Below are positions 60,707-64,000 of a stretch of DNA of 64,000 nt, piece after piece. Source of the stretch: Candidatus Pyrohabitans jungbluthii (GTDB lineage Archaea; Hydrothermarchaeota; Hydrothermarchaeia; Hydrothermarchaeales; BMS3B); NCBI GenBank assembly GCA_002010065.2, contig MTMD02000008.1, positions 256,001 to 320,000 on the forward strand. The letters are read 5' to 3'. Below the pieces are notes generated by a model. It was not told where the DNA came from. It searched no databases and saw only the letters and a program-made list of their open reading frames with translations. How positions within the stretch are numbered: the first letter of the stretch is position 1; each line of letters starts with the position of its first letter. A program made the translations under genes and the position numbers.

Positions 60707-61777
60707 CTAATGGTGACTCGGCGTCGGGGCTTTTTTATTTACCGCAGCCGCGTCCCTGACCTTCTTGAAAATCACACCTATCGCGAGCAGCGCACCACCG
60801 AAGAGCAAAGCCATGCTGACGAGACTAAGCACATGGCCAGTGCCCTCACTTAAACTTATGTATCCCATCCTCCTGAGATACTCTGGTATCATCACCACTC
60901 TGCCCAGGTCGGAGGTTGCTATCACCGTCACCAGCGCCATCTTTGCCACGCGCTGCTCCACTATCTCAGTGGCTATCGCCCCAATCTGCACACCTATGAG
61001 GGAGCCCAGGTAGAGAAGCACCACAAGGCGTAGGTCCACATAACCGCGAAGAGCGTAGTTTATCGCTCCCCAGGCGCCTGAGAATATTGCCAAGAAAAGC
61101 TCAGTGCCAGCTGCCACGCGGGTGCTTATCCCAAGCAGGTAGATCATCGCAGGCACGCCTATGAAGCCACCTACACCTATTGTGCCAGCAAGGTAACCTG
61201 TGGCGAAGGCAACTATGAGGGGGAACCACAGTGAGACAGTTATCCTGGCAACATCAAAGTGCACCATTGGTGGGAGCTTAATACTCTGAATCTTCTTCGC
61301 AAGCTCTGAGCTTCCTGACTTAGTCTCCTTCTCACCCCTCCGCAGGTCTCTGATAATAACGATGGTTATGGCGGTGAGCACTATTATGAAGATGGCGCTG
61401 ATATACAGGTTAGAGGCAGCCTTGCCCATGGACTCGAAGATGTGGGAGTTGACCTTTACTGCCGCCTGGACGCCGGCAAGCAACCCTATTACCATCATTA
61501 TCGCCAGCTTTTTATCCACGTGCCCAAGCTCGCCGTGGCTGCGAGAGCCGACGATAGCCTTGCCAAATTTGTGGGTTATGTTGGAACCGACGGCAAGTAT
61601 ACCTGGCACACCAAGGTTCATCATGCCAGGGGTCATTATGAATGCACCCCCGCTGCCCAGGAAGCCGCTCAGCGTGCCGCCTATAAAACCCAGAAGAGCT
61701 ACAGCTAATGCTTTGCCAAGGGTGAGGTCTATAAACTCAACCTCAAAACCACTGGGTGGTGGTACAAACCCGCCCAT
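60707..61777 (-). CDS. TauE/SafE sulfite exporter family
   Basis: SGFLGSGGAFIMTP, GTIGVGGFIGVP, AAGTEL. Confidence 0.88.
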   Translation of the reverse strand: MGGFVPPPSGFEVEFIDLTLGKALAVALLGFIGGTLSGFLGSGGAFIMTPGMMNLGVPGILAVGSNITHKFGKAIVGSRSHGELGHVDKKLAIMMVIGLLAGVQAAVKVNSHIFESMGKAASNLYISAIFIIVLTAITIVIIRDLRRGEKETKSGSSELAKKIQSIKLPPMVHFDVARITVSLWFPLIVAFATGYLAGTIGVGGFIGVPAMIYLLGISTRVAAGTELFLAIFSGAWGAINYALRGYVDLRLVVLLYLGSLIGVQIGAIATEIVEQRVAKMALVTVIATSDLGRVVMIPEYLRRMGYISLSEGTGHVLSLVSMALLFGGALLAIGVIFKKVRDAAAVNKKAPTPSHH

Positions 61778-61790
61778 TCAAGTCGCCTCC

Positions 61791-62390
61791 TCAGTGCGCT
61801 TTTGGCTTAATGCCCAGGTACTTCAAAGCGTGGGCAATTGTATTGCCGTATATGTATGCCACCGCAAGCACTGTACCGAGAATGAGAGCCACTGAAACAA
61901 AGCTCTTCTGAGTGAGTATTCCCTTGATTACCCCGAAGGATGTGAATATCGCCGCATATAGCAAGAATGCCGCCGCTCCGTAGGCTGCAGAGACTCTGAG
62001 CTCCTTTTTCCTCGGGTTGGGATACTCCACCTGCAGCCCAATTATATCCTTCTTGAGGTGCTTAGCCAGCTTTGAATCTGTGAGAAAAACAACCTCTGGC
62101 TTAAGTGCATTTACCTCCTTGGATAAGCGCTCAGTTGAGCAAACCCGCACGAGAGGCTCAGCCTCTATATCACGCTTTTCAAAGGCTGGAGCAAGCCTCT
62201 TCAGCAGGCTTTTCGCATTATCCAAGTCCTCAGCCGACTCCACCACGTACAGTAACGTTGCCCTGTTCCTCATGCCTGTCTTGGCATGCCTGCTCAGCCA
62301 CTCAGCGCAGAATTCTGCAAACTCTAGCGCAAAAGCAGAATCACCAGCATCTAAAGCGGTATTCACCACAACAACTGCGTTTCTCTCCAT
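61791..62390 (-). CDS. Degenerate USP-like domain fused to a two-TM membrane domain
   Basis: A.LLYVVE USP-like N-half; C-terminal LLYAAIF...AYIYGN...LGIKP helices. Confidence 0.6.
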   Translation of the reverse strand: MERNAVVVVNTALDAGDSAFALEFAEFCAEWLSRHAKTGMRNRATLLYVVESAEDLDNAKSLLKRLAPAFEKRDIEAEPLVRVCSTERLSKEVNALKPEVVFLTDSKLAKHLKKDIIGLQVEYPNPRKKELRVSAAYGAAAFLLYAAIFTSFGVIKGILTQKSFVSVALILGTVLAVAYIYGNTIAHALKYLGIKPKAH

Positions 62391-62405
62391 GTTCACAGCC
62401 CTCCT

Positions 62406-62909
62406 TTAACTCTGCTCCAGCGCCGCACTGGCGCTGAGCCTCTTTATCCTAGAAGAAAGAGTGAGTGCAATCTTGTCGGTGAACCTCAGCAGCTTGGGTT
62501 TGAACACCACCACAGGACAGGGAGCGCGCTTTATCACCTCTTCAATCACGCTTGCTGCAAGCACCCTAGACAAGCCTGCTCTACCGTCGGTGCTCATAAG
62601 TATGGCAAAAGCTCCAGTCTCCCTTGCCTCGCGCACTATCTCCCTGGCGAGCCTTCCCGCTTTCAGCTTGATTTTTGCCTCTATCCCGTGCTGCGCAAAC
62701 TCTTCTGCTAGCTCCCTTAGCTGAGCCTCTTTAATCCTCATGTCCTCCAGCACGGGTGTGGCTGCCTCCATATCATGAACCTCTGCGACGTAGAGCAGCG
62801 TAGCTTTAACATTTCCGCTCAACTTATTCGTCCACTCCACTATGTTAGGCAGAGCCTTTCTCAACACCCTTACATCGGTGACCGCAATTACCACATTTTT
62901 ATCGGTCAT
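62406..62909 (-). CDS. Universal stress protein
   Basis: TLLYVAE, G.LAREIV, SVIEEVIKRAPCPVVV. Confidence 0.88.
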   Translation of the reverse strand: MTDKNVVIAVTDVRVLRKALPNIVEWTNKLSGNVKATLLYVAEVHDMEAATPVLEDMRIKEAQLRELAEEFAQHGIEAKIKLKAGRLAREIVREARETGAFAILMSTDGRAGLSRVLAASVIEEVIKRAPCPVVVFKPKLLRFTDKIALTLSSRIKRLSASAALEQS

Positions 62910-63069
62910 TCCTCAAATCCTCCAAATTTAATTTAAATTATACTAAAAACAACGTAGTATTTATTTATTTTCCAAATATTTTAAAGAAAAAATCTTAAAA
63001 CCGTCCCAAAAATATTTGAAACTTTTCCCAACTCTCTCCCAACATCTACCAAACTGGCTGGTGCTGCTC

Positions 63070-63363
63070 CTATCTGGTGCTCAGGTAGATGAAGATAGAG
63101 AGCGCAAGGGTTTCAAAGACATCTGCTATGAGCCTGTAGTGGTCCACCACGTTGGAAGTTTCCACACCGAACACAAACACCTTTATAATTGGCGCTGCAA
63201 AAAATGTTCTGAAGAACAGCGCCAGGGCGAAGAGCAGAAAACCCAGGGTGAAGGTGGACTTTAGCTCAAGGTAACGCTTAAAAAAGATGTAAACCAATAC
63301 GCTGAGAATGGCGAGGTTTATTATGCTGAACACCAGCCTTGCGGTAAGAATAAAGTCTTCCAT
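63070..63363 (-). CDS. Small three-TM membrane protein
   Basis: MEDFILTA...KSTFTLGFLLFA...ETLALSIFIY; archaeal type often found beside wHTH genes. Confidence 0.7.
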   Translation of the reverse strand: MEDFILTARLVFSIINLAILSVLVYIFFKRYLELKSTFTLGFLLFALALFFRTFFAAPIIKVFVFGVETSNVVDHYRLIADVFETLALSIFIYLSTR

Positions 63364-63436
63364 ATCCTTCAGGAAAGAGATGTTGAGGATTAATATATAA
63401 GCTTTATCGTATAGATTGTGCAACAGGTAGTTGACC

Positions 63437-63730
63437 ATGAATAAAAAGCTCCTCTGGTGGATTTTCGGCGTGACCAAGGGCGGGGTTGTGAGAGCAAAAA
63501 TAGTAAAGATACTCCACGAGAGGCCTAGCAACGCCAATCAAATAGCCCAGAAGCTCAAGATGGACTACACAACCGTGAGATACCACCTGAATATCCTGTT
63601 AAAGCACGGGATAGTTGAAACCTCAGAGCACACCTACATAGTTATGTACTTTCTCACCGACAAGATGCTGGAGCACTGGGATGAGTTTCTCAAGATTTAC
63701 GAGAAGATCACAGGAGGAGGGAAAGAATGA
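63437..63730 (+). CDS. Winged-helix (ArsR-like) regulator
   Basis: LLWW....TKGG..R.KI...L.ERP.NANQIA..L.MDY.TVRYHL. Confidence 0.88.
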   Translation: MNKKLLWWIFGVTKGGVVRAKIVKILHERPSNANQIAQKLKMDYTTVRYHLNILLKHGIVETSEHTYIVMYFLTDKMLEHWDEFLKIYEKITGGGKE

Positions 63731-64000
63731 AAATACTCGTGCCTACCGACGGCTCCTGGGCGGCATATGCCGCGGAGAAGTATGCCGTGGAGCTCTGCCG
63801 CAGATGTGGGGGTAAGATTATTGCGCTCCACGTGTATGACCCGGAAATCTCCCTGGAAACCTGGAAGGTGAAGATAAAGAGAGAGCTTCTAGGGAGGATG
63901 CAGACAGAAAGTGACACCCTTGAGATCGTCGATAGGGTGAAGAAGCTGGGGGAGGAAAAGGGCGTAGAAGTGGAGAGTGTCATAATAAAGGGGAAGGGCA
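63727..64000 (+). CDS. Universal stress protein, partial (window edge)
   Basis: Manual translation MKILVPTDGSWAAYAAEKYAVELC...IIALHV. Confidence 0.85.
   Translation, partial: MKILVPTDGSWAAYAAEKYAVELCRRCGGKIIALHVYDPEISLETWKVKIKRELLGRMQTESDTLEIVDRVKKLGEEKGVEVESVIIKGKG

Noticed and set aside
5843-63983. Numerous short antisense or alternative-frame ORFs in the ORF track
   Set aside because: They overlap well-supported genes and have Ser/Arg-rich shadow composition with no motifs
1-64000. CRISPR array, cas genes, rRNA, intact integrase or transposase
   Set aside because: No regularly spaced direct repeats, rRNA-like sequence or complete recombinase ORFs were seen by eye

Overview
Core chromosomal window of a thermophilic, anaerobic euryarchaeal-type archaeon. 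Inference: Hydrothermarchaeota-like, from form III RuBisCO, two-Cys DsrC, a Phr heat-shock regulator, DIP synthesis and GGAGG RBSs. Main blocks: (1) ~0.3-7.4 kb, a largely AT-rich defence/TA island with decayed TA modules, orphan genes, a PD-(D/E)xK nuclease, a Dam-type and a second DNA methyltransferase. (2) A tetrapyrrole operon (sirC-hemA-hemB-hemL-hemC) and rps8e. (3) ~17.7-35.7 kb, a heat-shock/proteostasis region: two Phr-like regulators, repeated TTTAGTAAC-N5-GTTACTAAA operators, ino1 + IPCT/DIPPS, a doubly broken tetraether synthase-like gene, HtrA, three Hsp20s, a thioredoxin and two tandem Cdc48s. (4) SRP54, TusA/Rieske, ZIP. (5) AMP-salvage genes (R15P isomerase, RuBisCO III) flanking an operon led by two paralogous, uncharacterised long coiled-coil proteins. 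(6) K+ channel, TatC, RlmD-like, HisB, DsrC, and dnaG preceded by a 156-nt structured leader. (7) A USP/TauE cluster. Three tRNAs are present (Met-i, Val-GAC, Ile2-CAT). No CRISPR array, rRNA or intact mobile element was seen. Best novelty candidates: the paralogous coiled-coil pair, the dnaG leader RNA, the broken tes gene inside a Phr-type operon, and the orphan gene convergent with the Dam methylase. All calls come from reading the sequence by eye, without database searches.
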